A stretch of 64,000 nt of DNA from Chlorokybus atmophyticus (taxonomy: Eukaryota; Plantae; Mesostigma and Chlorokybus algae): assembly GCA_009103225.1 (NCBI GenBank), contig RHPI01003169.1:162899-226898 (forward strand), in the 5' to 3' direction. A program made the translations under genes and the position numbers. The stretch's first letter is position 1. Each line of letters opens with the position of its first letter. Positions 40,579 to 52,611 of this stretch are shown here, piece after piece. Below the pieces are notes generated by a model that saw only the letters and a list, made by a program, of their open reading frames with translations, searched no databases and had not been told where the DNA came from.

Positions 40579-41257
40579 TGTGACGGTGCTCGTGCCTTGT
40601 CACCTGTGAGTTGGTCCAATCCACAACCCTCTCACCAAGACACGGTATTCACACCGGAACCTTGCCCCCTCTGCCAAGCACACACGCGCGCCCCGCCACT
40701 CGCGTACGCACGCGCATGCGCTTGAAGCTACACACCGACTTGTGTAGCGCCTTGGAGCGTCACACAAGCAAGCACACACTAGTGGCCACACGCTAGCAAC
40801 CCCCTGCTAACCACCACCAAGCTTGCACACCAGAAACTAGGGAGCTAAAGGTTGTATTGCAAATTGTAGAATGTCACTTTTATACCTACCAGTCTGCACA
40901 TGCTACTGTCTAGACGATTCTAGCGCTAGACGGAACTAGAAGCTAAGATATTCTTGCAGAATCTTGTAGTACACTTCTAGACCTTTCCAACGCACCAAAG
41001 ATCTCCTAATTTGCTGCTCATATGGTCAAGTTATACTACTTGGCGCCAGGCCCTTCCAGAAATCGTAATCTGGTCGAGCCCTTCTCGACTGGCCCTCCGT
41101 TTTCTGGCACCTTCCGGACTGGTCTTGGGGCCCCGGTCGATATTCGCGGCAGACTCATAACTCGCCGATATCCGCCACAAGTCATTAAAAACATGTACCT
41201 TACAAATAAGGCCTAAAACGGCCATGAAAATCACAAAATTTGGCCTTGACTGTTACA
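40579..41257 (-). mobile_element. Solo LTR of the same family inserted in inverted orientation into the 5' LTR
   Basis: Minus strand TGTAACAG...CCGTCACA; 5-bp TSD TTCGA at 40574-40578 and 41258-41262. Confidence 0.88.
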
Positions 41258-44200
41258 TTCGAGCGCATGCGCGTGTGTACGCGAGTGGCGGGGCGCGCGT
41301 GTGTGCTTGGCAAAGGGGGCAAGGTTCCGGTGAATACCGTGTCTTGAAGAGAGAGTTGTTGATTGGACCAATACAAAGGTGATAAGGCACGAGCACCGTC
41401 ACAACGGGTATCGGAGCACGGTTTACGAAGGTGAGAGAGGAAATGTGTGGGCGTTTACACTTGTCATTTGAAAGCGGAGTGTAGTGTGTTAGTGAAGATG
41501 GAGATGCTCGCATGGAAGAGCTCCAAGCTGCCATCTTAGCATTGAGGGAAGAGCTTCATCACACTCAAGCGGTGGCACAAGCACAACGCGAGGCGTATGA
41601 GCATGCGATGGCGCGTGTACAAGTTCCCATGGCATCAAGCTCGCGCGTGCATGTGAAGGTTCCAAAGCCCAAGCCATTCAAGGGTCAACGTGATGGAGAT
41701 GCAGTAAACAAATGGATTTTTCAAGTATCGTCTTTGTTGAAGCTCGCGGAGGTGCCCACGCATCTGCACGTGGAGGTTGCAGCGACATTGCTTGAAAGAG
41801 CACTTGTATGGTGGAGACATCGTTGTACGTTTGTTGCAAGTGGGTTGACGCTACCATTGACCACTATAAAAGAGTTGGCTCTGGAGATCAGGCATCAGTT
41901 TGTTCCGGTGGAGAGTTTGAAGGCCGCACGCAATGAAATTGCAGCCCTTGTGCAAACGGGGTCGGTGACGGCGTACACGTCTACGTTTCAGCGTTTGGTG
42001 ATGTCCATACCCAACATGACTGAGGAAGAACAGTTGGACAAGTATACACGTGGTTTAAAACCATTGAGACGCAAAAAAGTGGAGCTACGGGACCCTAAAA
42101 CTTTAGCGGAAGCTATACGTATCGCGGAACGTCTCGACGCGTCGTACTTCAAGTCTTCTGCAACAAACGCTGACTGGAGGTGTGGGAGCAAGGAAGAGCG
42201 TGGTGATCAGCCTAGGGGAAGCTTTCAACATGCATGGACACGAAGGGAACCAAATTCACAACTTGCAAAGGAAGGTGGAGGTGATTGGACCATAACCAAT
42301 GGAGATGGGTGCCGTACACACGCGTAACGGCGTGGTGAAGCATGGTGGACGTGGTGAAGCAGGGGTAGCAGCGCACGCAAGTGTTACGTGTGCGGTTGGA
42401 CAGAACATGGCGTTCAATTGCTTGAAGCGGCGCACGCAAACGTCTGCATCCGCTGGCAACACATATCGCGCACGACGCATCAGCGCAATGGAGGAAGATG
42501 GCGTGAAGGATCAAGGAAACGGCTCCCCCCAGTAGGTAAGGAGGCTACTGCTGGGGATGAGGGGGAGCCTTACGCATGAAGATTGTGACATTGCAACCAA
42601 GGAAGAAAATGGAGGTGGCTATGAACACGCTCATGGTGGTAAGTTACGCAAGTGAGGAGGGAACAAAGTACGTTGGGCTTCTAGCACGCATTTGCGATGA
42701 CCGAGGACAATGGAGGGAGTGCAACCTTATGGTTATTAGTGGAGCAACCAGCAACTTCATGAGTGAGGAGGTTGCACGGCGCTACGGTTGGCTTTCACCA
42801 TTACGAGGAGGAGAAGTGAAACTCGCTGATGGGGAACCACCCTCTGGAGGTACCGGTGCTGCCTTTTTAACCAAGGAGTTGTGTGTTCACATGGGGAAGT
42901 TGAAGGAGAATATGCGTTCCTGCTGCATCACCCTACATAACGGGTTTTATGGAATTTGGGGACTACCGTGGCTGTGGCAACATAACCCATTCATCGATTG
43001 GAGGAAGCGTGTGCTCACATCAAGGGAAACGATAGAGACTCCATTCAAGTTCTCCGCGCGTGCTCCATCGATGTGGAAGACCACTCTTGCGAGGAAAGCA
43101 AGAACGGGTTTGTCATAGCTGCGTCGGACGTCGCTAAGGCAAGTATGCGCGCGTGTATTGAGCACCTGCAAGGGGATATAAGCACCGGAAAGGTACGGCA
43201 CGCGCAATCAGGTGGGATTAGCATTGCTCAAGTTTCTTATGTGCAATTGAGGAGGCTGCTAACCCCACAAAAAGTGAAGGCTGCATGGTTGTGCGTGGTG
43301 CGTTAGAGCACATCAAAGTCAGCACCGAAGCTGAGTGACTGCAATGAGACAGCCACGATAGACCCCGAGGTGTGCAAACTTGTTTAGGACTATCAAGATA
43401 TCATGGTGGACGGACTTCCAGCTGGTCTGCCACCCTCAAGAAGTGTTAATAACCGTTTGGAGTTGATTCAAAGCGTGCACAAGCCACGCTACATGACTGT
43501 ATATAAGTTGTCACCTCGAGAGTTGAAGGAGGCCAAGAAGCAGATAGCGGATCTTAAAAAGAGAGGTTACATCCGGCCAAGTAAGTCACCTTATGGTGTA
43601 CTAATACTGTTAGTGCGATAGAAGAACGGGAGCCTGCGTATGTGCATCGACTACCGAGCGCTCAACACCATCACAAAGAACAACTGCTTTCCACCGCCGC
43701 GTATTGACGAGTTGATGGACCAGCTACAGGGTGCACAGTATTTTACCACACTTGATATTACTGGAGGTTATCATCATATCCGCACATCGCACCTGAGGAC
43801 GTGGAGAAGACAGCGTTCAACATGCGCTATGGACATTATGAGTGCTTAGTGATGTTGTTTGGGCTTACAAAAGAGCTAGCGACACACAGAGTCTCCACGG
43901 TGTTCAATCTTGTTACAGACTATTGCCTCATTGGTTGCACGCAGCCGATGAGGGGTAAACAGCTGGCTGAGTATGTTGGGCACAATGGATTGCATTGATT
44001 AAAATGCGTTCCTCTGCGGTAGCATGCGCTACAAGTCTGCCCCAGCTGCAACCCAATTGGAAAGACGGTAAAATCGTACGGTGCTAAAGACAACGTGTCC
44101 GCACCGTCCAATTCACCAACACGCGGAAGTGTCAAGGCCGTCCACAACAAGCTGTTGGATCTAGCAACAGTTTGCGCTCGACCTCGATACATGTCAGATC

Positions 44201-44813
44201 GTGATCGCGAAAACACCGGTGTATACAGTGTGAGGGAATCAGAGTGGGTGGGATACGACACTGTTCACACGCCGGTGCTTGCCGCCGCCTCCGTCGATAG
44301 CCTTAGCGACAGGCACATGGGTGGCGGGGCCATACGGCGGTTGTGGTCAACGTGTGCGCACAACGAGCTTGTGCGCACAAGGTGCTCAGCGATGGCTGGC
44401 GCACAAGGGGTGCGATACGGCAGGTGAGTTCTCTACGGCATTAAATGTATGCCCAGAGCCAGCCAATTGCATAGCAACTCTGTATGAAAGAACACACACT
44501 ATTGTCTCATTGGTTGCATGCAGCCAATGAGGGGTAAACAGCTGGCTATGGGTATGTTGGGCACAGTAGATTGCATTGATTGAATGATCAATCAATGCAA
44601 TGCGTTCCTCTGCGGTAGCATGTGCTACAAGTCTTCCCAACTTCACTGACATGCTTGAACAGAGCAAGCATGCAAACAAATGCCCAACATACTTGCAGAT
44701 TCGCACAAGAAATGCAAAGGCAAGCAGTGCAAGAGAACTGGCGAGCATTGCAACAGGCAGCACCCGCGTAGGTTGTCAACACTGCACATGCTTGCGACGA
44801 AGCAAGAGTTGCA

Positions 44814-46023
44814 TTGAAGCGCGCGCAAGCCATAGCACGCAACGGCAACAGTGCAACTCACACTCATCGCCAAGGAAAAGAGTGGAGCGAGTTCGTTGCT
44901 TACTTTTGCGCAATCGAAGTGGAAGTAAGTGAGGTTACACCCGCTGTAGTTGTTGCATACATAGAGGGTGCATGGCACAGCAGACATGGCAAGCATGGTC
45001 GCGTTACCACGGCTAGCGGGCAGCGCAAACTATCTAGTCGCACTGTGCGCAACGCCGTCAGCAAGTTGTCCATAAGCTTTACCCAACTGGGATTTGGACA
45101 ACATTGGGACAGCCATCAGCAGCGCGGCAACCCTTGCCGGGACCACATAGTCAGCGCTTACTTGCGAGGACTGAATGTTGGTAGTGCCCAAGCGGGCATC
45201 ACCATACAACAAGCCCACCCGTTGGGGTTGGAAGACATGCGCAAGCTGCTCGCGCACATGGAGCTGCGCATTATTGCCAGCAACGGACCCAAAAAGGTGA
45301 GGTTTACTCAGTCTGCACTCGCACGCAAACTTGTGACACCCAGTCTATGACGCATGTAGTATTAATGCGGGATAGGCTAATTTTCATTTACCTATAGTTA
45401 TCGGGGCAACGCGGAGCGGAGGGGTGCAAGTTGCAACTGGAGAGCATTTCACAGCAAGCAGAGGTATGAGCACGACGTCTCATTGCCAATGCCACCGGCA
45501 TCAACACTGTTTGATGCAGGCAACGTGCATTCAACCGGGGTTGCTGAAGAATTACAAGTCCAGCCCTGCACCTAGCATCACCTTTGGCAATAGCGGGCTA
45601 GACCTTAAGTTTAAAGAGGAGTTACAGCAGTTTCAAGCCACTGCTGCAGAGCACCACCTAGCAATCAACTCAGGCTATGCATTTCGTGCAATGCATCAGA
45701 GCCAAAAGAGCTGGGTAGATGGCCCCCTTGGGCGGGACGCAGTGTACGCAAGCTTCATCAAGCATGCACAAGCATGCTTGATCCATCAACCTCACATGGC
45801 ACTTTACAGCTTCAGGAGAGGTAGACTACTCGCACCATATCAGCAAGGTGTGGACTACCAAGCACTACAAGCTCATGGGCTATGGAAATGCGAGCGAACA
45901 GTTCTGCACTACCTTGGCCAGGTACTACCCTACCATGCTACATACAATGCCACATGCAGAAACCTGCCAGGTGATCTCACATGCTGCGGCACGCGTGGTG
46001 TGGGCTCAAATATACTGGGGTGA
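44814..46023 (+). pseudogene. Tyrosine recombinase of the DIRS element, antisense to RT
   Basis: N-terminal SAM-like region, then SGQRG (R), LYSFRRG (HxxR with H>Y), HGLWK (W) and LHYL (Y); disrupted. Confidence 0.8.
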
Positions 46024-46059
46024 GCTTGCCATTGAAGACGCCCGCGCACTGGCCAACTC

Positions 46060-48173
46060 ACCACCTTAGGCCACCATGGCTTGTGCGGCCATTTAGGCAA
46101 CACCACCACCGCAGGCAGCCGAAAGAAGGATACTAACTGCACTGCCTACGACAGGAGACCCGACGGCGGCACAACCAACAGCATAGGGTGATCCCCGGCG
46201 TGCTCCCGCCAGTTGATCGAGAGGGCATTACCCAAGGAGCCAGGCATGATCCACTGTGAGAAGTAGGCTGCAGCCCGTGATGTCACATCGGAAGCAAACA
46301 CGTCCAATGCGAAGATTCCAAACACCAACAACCTGTGATAATGCGCATCTGCTAGTGCCCAATCACCTGCATCCTCAAACTTGGACAACGCATCCTCGGC
46401 AGCTAAGCACTCCCGTGGTGCCCAATGAAGCTGAAGGTGAACGTCCCGTGCCCAAAACAGCTCCCACAACTCAAAAAGATGATGTCTCAACGGTAGCAAG
46501 CTAGTAGACAGAGTACTGAGGATAGACAGTGCTGACTGACAATCACCTTCTAAGCATATGGTCACATGCTGTAGCTCTGACCTAGCACGCAGCAACTCCA
46601 TCACCAACAGCAGGTATGCCAATGCTTCCTTGCCCGATGGTGGCAACAACAGCTGATCACGGGTGAAGTTGCCCACCAACGGCCCCCATGGTGTGGTAGC
46701 ACCCCATTCGCACACACCTGAAGCATCTGCACGCACCAAGCATGCCGTGGGTGGCTGCCACCATGCCCTGTCGTGGTACTTGCGCACATGCTGCAGCAAC
46801 CACATCGCCAAGTCCACTGTGTGCGCAGCTGAGGGGTACTCAGCATCCCACGCACGGCCATAATCCACCAGCTGCATCAAAGAGCGTGCAAACAGCCGCA
46901 CAGGTGAGAGCGCCAACCTGTAAGCCAACAACTTGCTTGCCACCTTCGCCAGCCGTCTGTTCAAATGCTCGGTGGCCATACCCAACTCCTGCAATTGCGC
47001 CAAGGCGCGCAGCTTTGCCTCCGGAATTGCAAAGAGACCGATCTCAGTATCCACGATCAAGCCCAAGAACTTCAGCCGCAGCAGATGCCAGGTGACGCAC
47101 TTGGCAAGCCCGAAAAACCAGCCAAGCGCAGCGAACAGGAGCATGACTGTGCGGATTCGCCACAACAAGTGACGAAAGGAAGGATGAGCCATGTGTATGT
47201 CATCGATGTAAGCCACAGTCCCTATGCCGGCCTCCCGCAGTGGCCTGTGCACCACCTGCTGAATAACAATGAAGGCGTAGCAGACCTGGTTGAGGCCAAA
47301 AGGCAGTACATTCCACCTAAAAAATCTGCCCCTATAAGCCATTGCCAAGTAACACCTGTCTGCCTTGCGCATAGGGACGTGGTGATAACCACTCTTCGTG
47401 TCGTATGTCGACTAGTATGCACCCACCCCCGTGTAGTGCAGAACATTAATCAAGCGCTCGTAGTGAAAAGGAATGTGTTCTAAGTACAGGTTGACGTACC
47501 GCAGATCCATGATCAACCTAAGCTTGGGCTGATTGACAACACCAATGCCTGTCACAACGGTGACGTCCTCACGTCTCACCTCCTCCACCACACCTGTCTC
47601 TACCAGGTTGGCCAGCTCTGCACACACGAAGTCCTCATGCTGCAAGCTGCAATTGCGATTGGACATGTGCAGTGGTGGTGGCAGATTCTGGGCCAGCATG
47701 GCGTCGACTACGTACATGGCCAGGCCCTCCTTCAGCAGAGTCTTCTTCACCTGGTCACGTTTGCGTGCTGCTGCTGCCGCGGTATGCGCAACGAAGCGGA
47801 GGGGGTAGCCATCCCGGAACCACTTGAGCACTCTGCGCGCCAGAGGGTTGCTAGTTGCTGCACACCACATGCGCCACGCCTCCATGTGCTGGCTCGGCAT
47901 ACCCGCCACAAATTTGCCCGCATTGTGCATGAATGCTGCCAGCATGGTATGCCACTCATGCTCATCAATAGCTGGCAGCTCCGGTTGATCCCCCACCTGC
48001 TTCAAGTTGTCCAAAACTTGCTGCACCTCGTGGGCTTGCCGTGCTACTAGCCATGGCGCAGATGCCCGCACAGCTGGTAGCTGCCAGGGTTGGTCATGTG
48101 CGGACAGCAAGCCAGCCGACAGTGGCGGCTGTTCGTCTAGAGCATCAAAGAATGCGTTGCTGTCCGCATGCAC
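46060..48173 (-). pseudogene. DIRS pol: RT, RNase H and Dam-like methyltransferase domain
   Basis: KLRLIMDLRYVN; YDTKSGYHHV; VLPFGL; AYIDDI; RH RADAS...KEALA...EGDCQS...HWAPRE..AEDALSK; MT LDVFAS...YFS...NALSINW...VVPP...VVLPKWP..PWWP. Confidence 0.88.
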
Positions 48174-49402
48174 AGCTCGCGGCGAGTGTGTGACACCTTC
48201 GTCATCGCGGGCCCTGTCACAGCGGCCAGCGGTAGTGCTAGCGACTAATGGTAGACCAGCAGCAGCAAGCTGCAGCTCCGCAGCGGAGGCATGTACGTAG
48301 CCAGCAGCATCGAGGCCAGGGTCAGGCGCTGGGTCTGCTGAATGTGCAGGTGCGACGGCGCAAGCGACGGCGCTGCCCGGTGGAGCAGATGCAACTGCAA
48401 GGTGACTCCCGCTCTCAACGGGGATACCCCTGCAGCTTGCAAAAGACCAGAATCACACACGCTACGCGCTGAACGCCCCCCCAGACAGCATGCACGCAGG
48501 CACATGCCAAGCAGGCGCTGACACATGCAATGCGCACTCACAGCAGCGACTAGCAGGGAAAAGAAATGTAATAATTGAACAATACAAAAAGAGGTTGATG
48601 TAGCTGCTAGCATAAAGAACTAAGCACACGGAAAAGAATAGAAAGAAACAACGTGAAGCCTAACCACAACACAAGTACTACGGCTGCCCAAAGCGCAGCA
48701 GCAAAGCTCACATGCGACGGCGGTTGTCGCCTCTATTGTTGTTGCCGTTGTTGCCACCGTAGGTGGTGTTGCCATAGGGCTGAGTGCTTTGCTGCCTGCC
48801 TGACCTGTGGTAAACATCGTCGCTGCCAGGATAGGTGTTGTTGTAGTTGTTGTTGTTGCGCACAGGGCCAGGTGCAGGCCACCAAGTTCTGCTGAGTGGC
48901 AGCGCGAATTAGACAGGCGTTGCGCTCGGCCTCTCGCTGCGCGAGACAGCCGGCTGCAGATGCAGCGTGCACATGCGCAGCTGCTCGGATGACGGGACAA
49001 GCGGCCGACGAATAAGTTACCCAAGCAAGGCAACCCGAATAGCGGGACAACCTGCAACTGCACAGCTACCCGAATAAGGGGACGGCTAGTTGAAGAACAG
49101 GACGAGCAAGCACGGTCGCCCAAATAGCGGGACAGCCGGCCGAGCTAGCTGCCCGAACAACAGGACAACCGCTGACGACATAGCTGTACGGGTGTGCTTG
49201 CAGCCATCTGAGTGACGAGACATAGGAAGGAAATAGTGCGAAGGCGCATGCGTGACAGCCGGTGACGCCGACAGCTGATGAGGATGACGCTAGCGCTCTA
49301 CCGCTGAGCTGCACGACCGCATGCAGAGACAAGTGCGACAGCACCGTTCCCAGTAGCTAGCACCGGACATTAGGCTAGGTACGCAGCTACGCAGCAGGCA
49401 GG

Positions 49403-50026
49403 CTACAAGCAGTTGCGGGTAGCGGCCCTGGCAGCTACGACATGCACGGCCATTTCACACAAAGCTAAAAGGTTGGGAACAAAGAAAACAGTAAAAACAT
49501 GAAACTTACACCACCTTCGTTCACATACCTCGTTTTTCCCCCGCTCCATCGCCGCATGCGATTTCTTCTTTCCAAAGATGGCGAGCGCCTCGTCAATGAG
49601 GAGACACTCCTCACCACCGTAGCGATTGCCGGAGTGCATGCGTTGTATCTCGTCCGCCGCATCCTCACGGAATGTGTTGGCGTAGTGCTCGCCATACTCC
49701 ATCCTCATAAACATCTCCAAAGTGGTTGCCAGCACCATTGCCATGAGTGGGCGCCCGTACATGCACACCTCCCGCATTCTTTCAAATATGAGATTATTAA
49801 ACTCATTATCCTTCACCACCTTAGCATGCTCAATCCCATTGAGCACGGTATTCAATCTACATGACCCCTCAAACTGTGTGACACTCCCATCTCCCCGCGT
49901 TGCCATCCCCAGCTCCACTGCATGTGGACGGCCGCTTCCCCATCCAGCGGAGCGCTCCCCTGCAACTTGATGTGACGATGTCGCCGGCGGATCAAGCATC
50001 CGCGTCGGCTGTGGAGGGTATGGAAG
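49403..50026 (-). pseudogene. Probable DIRS ORF1/gag, 3' part; the 5' part lies at about 59815-60020, separated by the Copia insertion
   Basis: Open frame LPYPPQPTRMLDP...; its position between A1 and pol fits ORF1; no diagnostic motif. Confidence 0.5.
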
Positions 50027-52020
50027 TGTTGAAGGACTAGCATGCACATGTAGTTGAGGCAAGCATAGACACACAGAGACCGAGCTACCGCCACCAGAGC
50101 ATACACAAGTCACATCACATTCATCTATTACAAGTTGTCCGCTGGTTCTTATACCAGCCAGTTACACACACGTCTACGTTTGCAAGCACTGCGTAAGCTA
50201 TACTCAGCGTTTTGACGCGCTCTACGCTGCGTTGTCTTCCTTATAACCAGAGCTTTTCAACAAGCTCTTACACGCCTAATATGTGAGTAAGTATACGCGG
50301 AGATACAAAGCAGTTAGTAAGGCTCCAGTCTGGAGTCCGGAGTCTGGTCCGACGACGCCATCTTGCTAAGTCCGGACCTAGTGCTCGTCCTTACGACCTT
50401 CTACTCCTGTGTGGAGGGTCGATGCTGATCGTATGTAGGAATGACTCTCAACACTCCCACGCGAGCAGCTTGACCTCCAACGCTTGCTCCTGTAGTCAAA
50501 CACAGATGCCAAGTCCTGCGCAACAAGTCTTGAACTTGAGCGGTGACAATGGCTTTGTCATGAAGTCCGCCAGCATGCCCTCGGTGTTGCAGTACTGGAA
50601 CTCCACCTCCTTCCTTATGACTCCGTTACGTACAAAGTGATGCATGACATCAATGTGCTTCGACCTTGCCGAGGCGATAGGGTGCTTCAACAACTTGATG
50701 GCTCCTTGGTTGTCACAGTTGATGACGATGCACGCCATGGGGTCCTGCAAGTCTGCCATGAGCTTACGAAGCTAGAGTGCCTCCTTCACTGCTGCTGCCG
50801 CTGCAATGTACTCAGCCTTTGATGTAGATACTGCTGTTGTTGGCTGCAGCCTGCTAATCCAGGTCACCACGCCTCCGTTCAGCTTGAAGACGTAGCCTGT
50901 AGTGGACCTCCTGCTATTGAGGTCACCAGCAAAGTCCGAGTCGCAGTAGCCCTCCAACTTAGTGCTCCCGCTCCCAAACTTGATGCCAACTGTTGCGCTC
51001 CCAGCAACATAGCGTAGTACTCCCTTTGCTGCTCTCCAGTGCTCCATGCTCGGTGCAGACATGTAGCGAGCAAGTACTCCCACAGCATGTGCAACATCGG
51101 GACGTGTGCACACTGCCAGATAGAGCATGCTGCCTACCAGCTCACCATATGGATACTGAGCCTTGTCGATTACCTCCTCATCCTTTGCCTTGATGAGGGT
51201 TGTGCCAAGTGTCAGCGGTGTGGTCTTGGTCTTGGCCTCTTCAAGATCTTGAACTGAGAATGCTTGCTGTAGAGCAAGTTTCGTCTCCTGCAGGTGGTGC
51301 ACCTGCCTGGCGGTGATGATAATATCATCCACATACACGAGCAGCCAGACCTTGTTGTCTGCATGGATGAAGAGCCCAGGGTCTGCAGAGGATGCGGTGA
51401 AGCCAAGTGCCTCCAGCTCCTTGGTGAGCTTGATGTGCCACATACGCGATTCCTGTCGCAGCCCATACAGTGCCTTAATTAGCTTGCACGCTGTGCCTCT
51501 CTCCCCTTCTTCATATCCAGGTGGTTGCGCGATGAAGATCTCCTCCTCCAGCTCTCCGTAGAGGAAGGCAGTCTTCACGTCGAGGTGATGCAGCTTGAGG
51601 TCTTCAGCAGCAACCACAGCTAGCAGTGCACGGAAGGTGGTATGCTTACTTGCAGGTGCAAACACTTCGTTGAAGTCCACACCTTCCTGCTGCAAGAAGC
51701 CCTTTGCCACCAGTCTTGCCTTGTAGCGCTAAATGTTGCCATGACCATCACGCTTCACCTTGAAGACCCATTTCACTTGAATGGTCTTCACTCCTTGTGG
51801 TAACTGCTCCAGTGACCAAGTGTTGTTGGCATGGAGTGACGCAATCTCCTCGTCCATAGCACGCTGCCATTGCTCCGCATCTGGTGCTAACAATGCCTCC
51901 TCGTAGGTGCTTGGCTCCTCATTGTGCACACTGGCGACGTGTGCATTGTGTAAGAAGTCAGGTGCCTCTCTCCCCCTCATTTGGTATCTCCGAGCTGCGT
52001 GCTTCTGCTGCAGGTGCGGC

Positions 52021-52260
52021 TCCTCCTGGCCTGCTGCAGATGAGTCCTGCTCGTCCTTATTGTTGATAATGGCCTTGCCTGTAGCCTCCACTGTCTCAGG
52101 ATGCTCCTTTGGCTGTGCTTCATCTTCAGGAAAGAAGCCTCCCCCTGGCCTGCTGCAGATGAGTCCTGCTCATCCTTATTGTTGATAATGGCCTTGCCTG
52201 TAGCCTCCACTGTCTCAGGATGCTCCTTTGGCTGTGCTTCATCTTCAGGAAAGAAGCCTG
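52021..52260. repeat. 120-bp tandem duplication in the Copia INT-RT linker
   Basis: 52021-52140 is nearly identical to 52141-52260. Confidence 0.85.
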
Positions 52261-52611
52261 CTTCTGGTTGTGATAATCCCTAATGGAAAACCACCTCTCT
52301 ACTCACGATGATCTTCTGAGTGTCCTCGAGCAAGATCCTGCAAGCTTTGAAACCCGGTTCATAGCCAATGAAGATGCCCTTCTTGCTGACCGGCTCCAGC
52401 TTGTGCCTGAGCTATTTAGGCACTAGTGCATATGCCGTGCATCCAAACACACACATACCACTCACATCTGGTGTGGCTCCATAAAAGTGCTCCCACGGAG
52501 TCTTCTGCTCTGAGCTCATCGGAGACCTGTTGCGGATGTAGTTGGCAGTGAGTACCGCCTCCTTCCACATACTGTCTTCTATCTTGGTGTCATTGAGCAT
52601 GGCTCCGAGCT

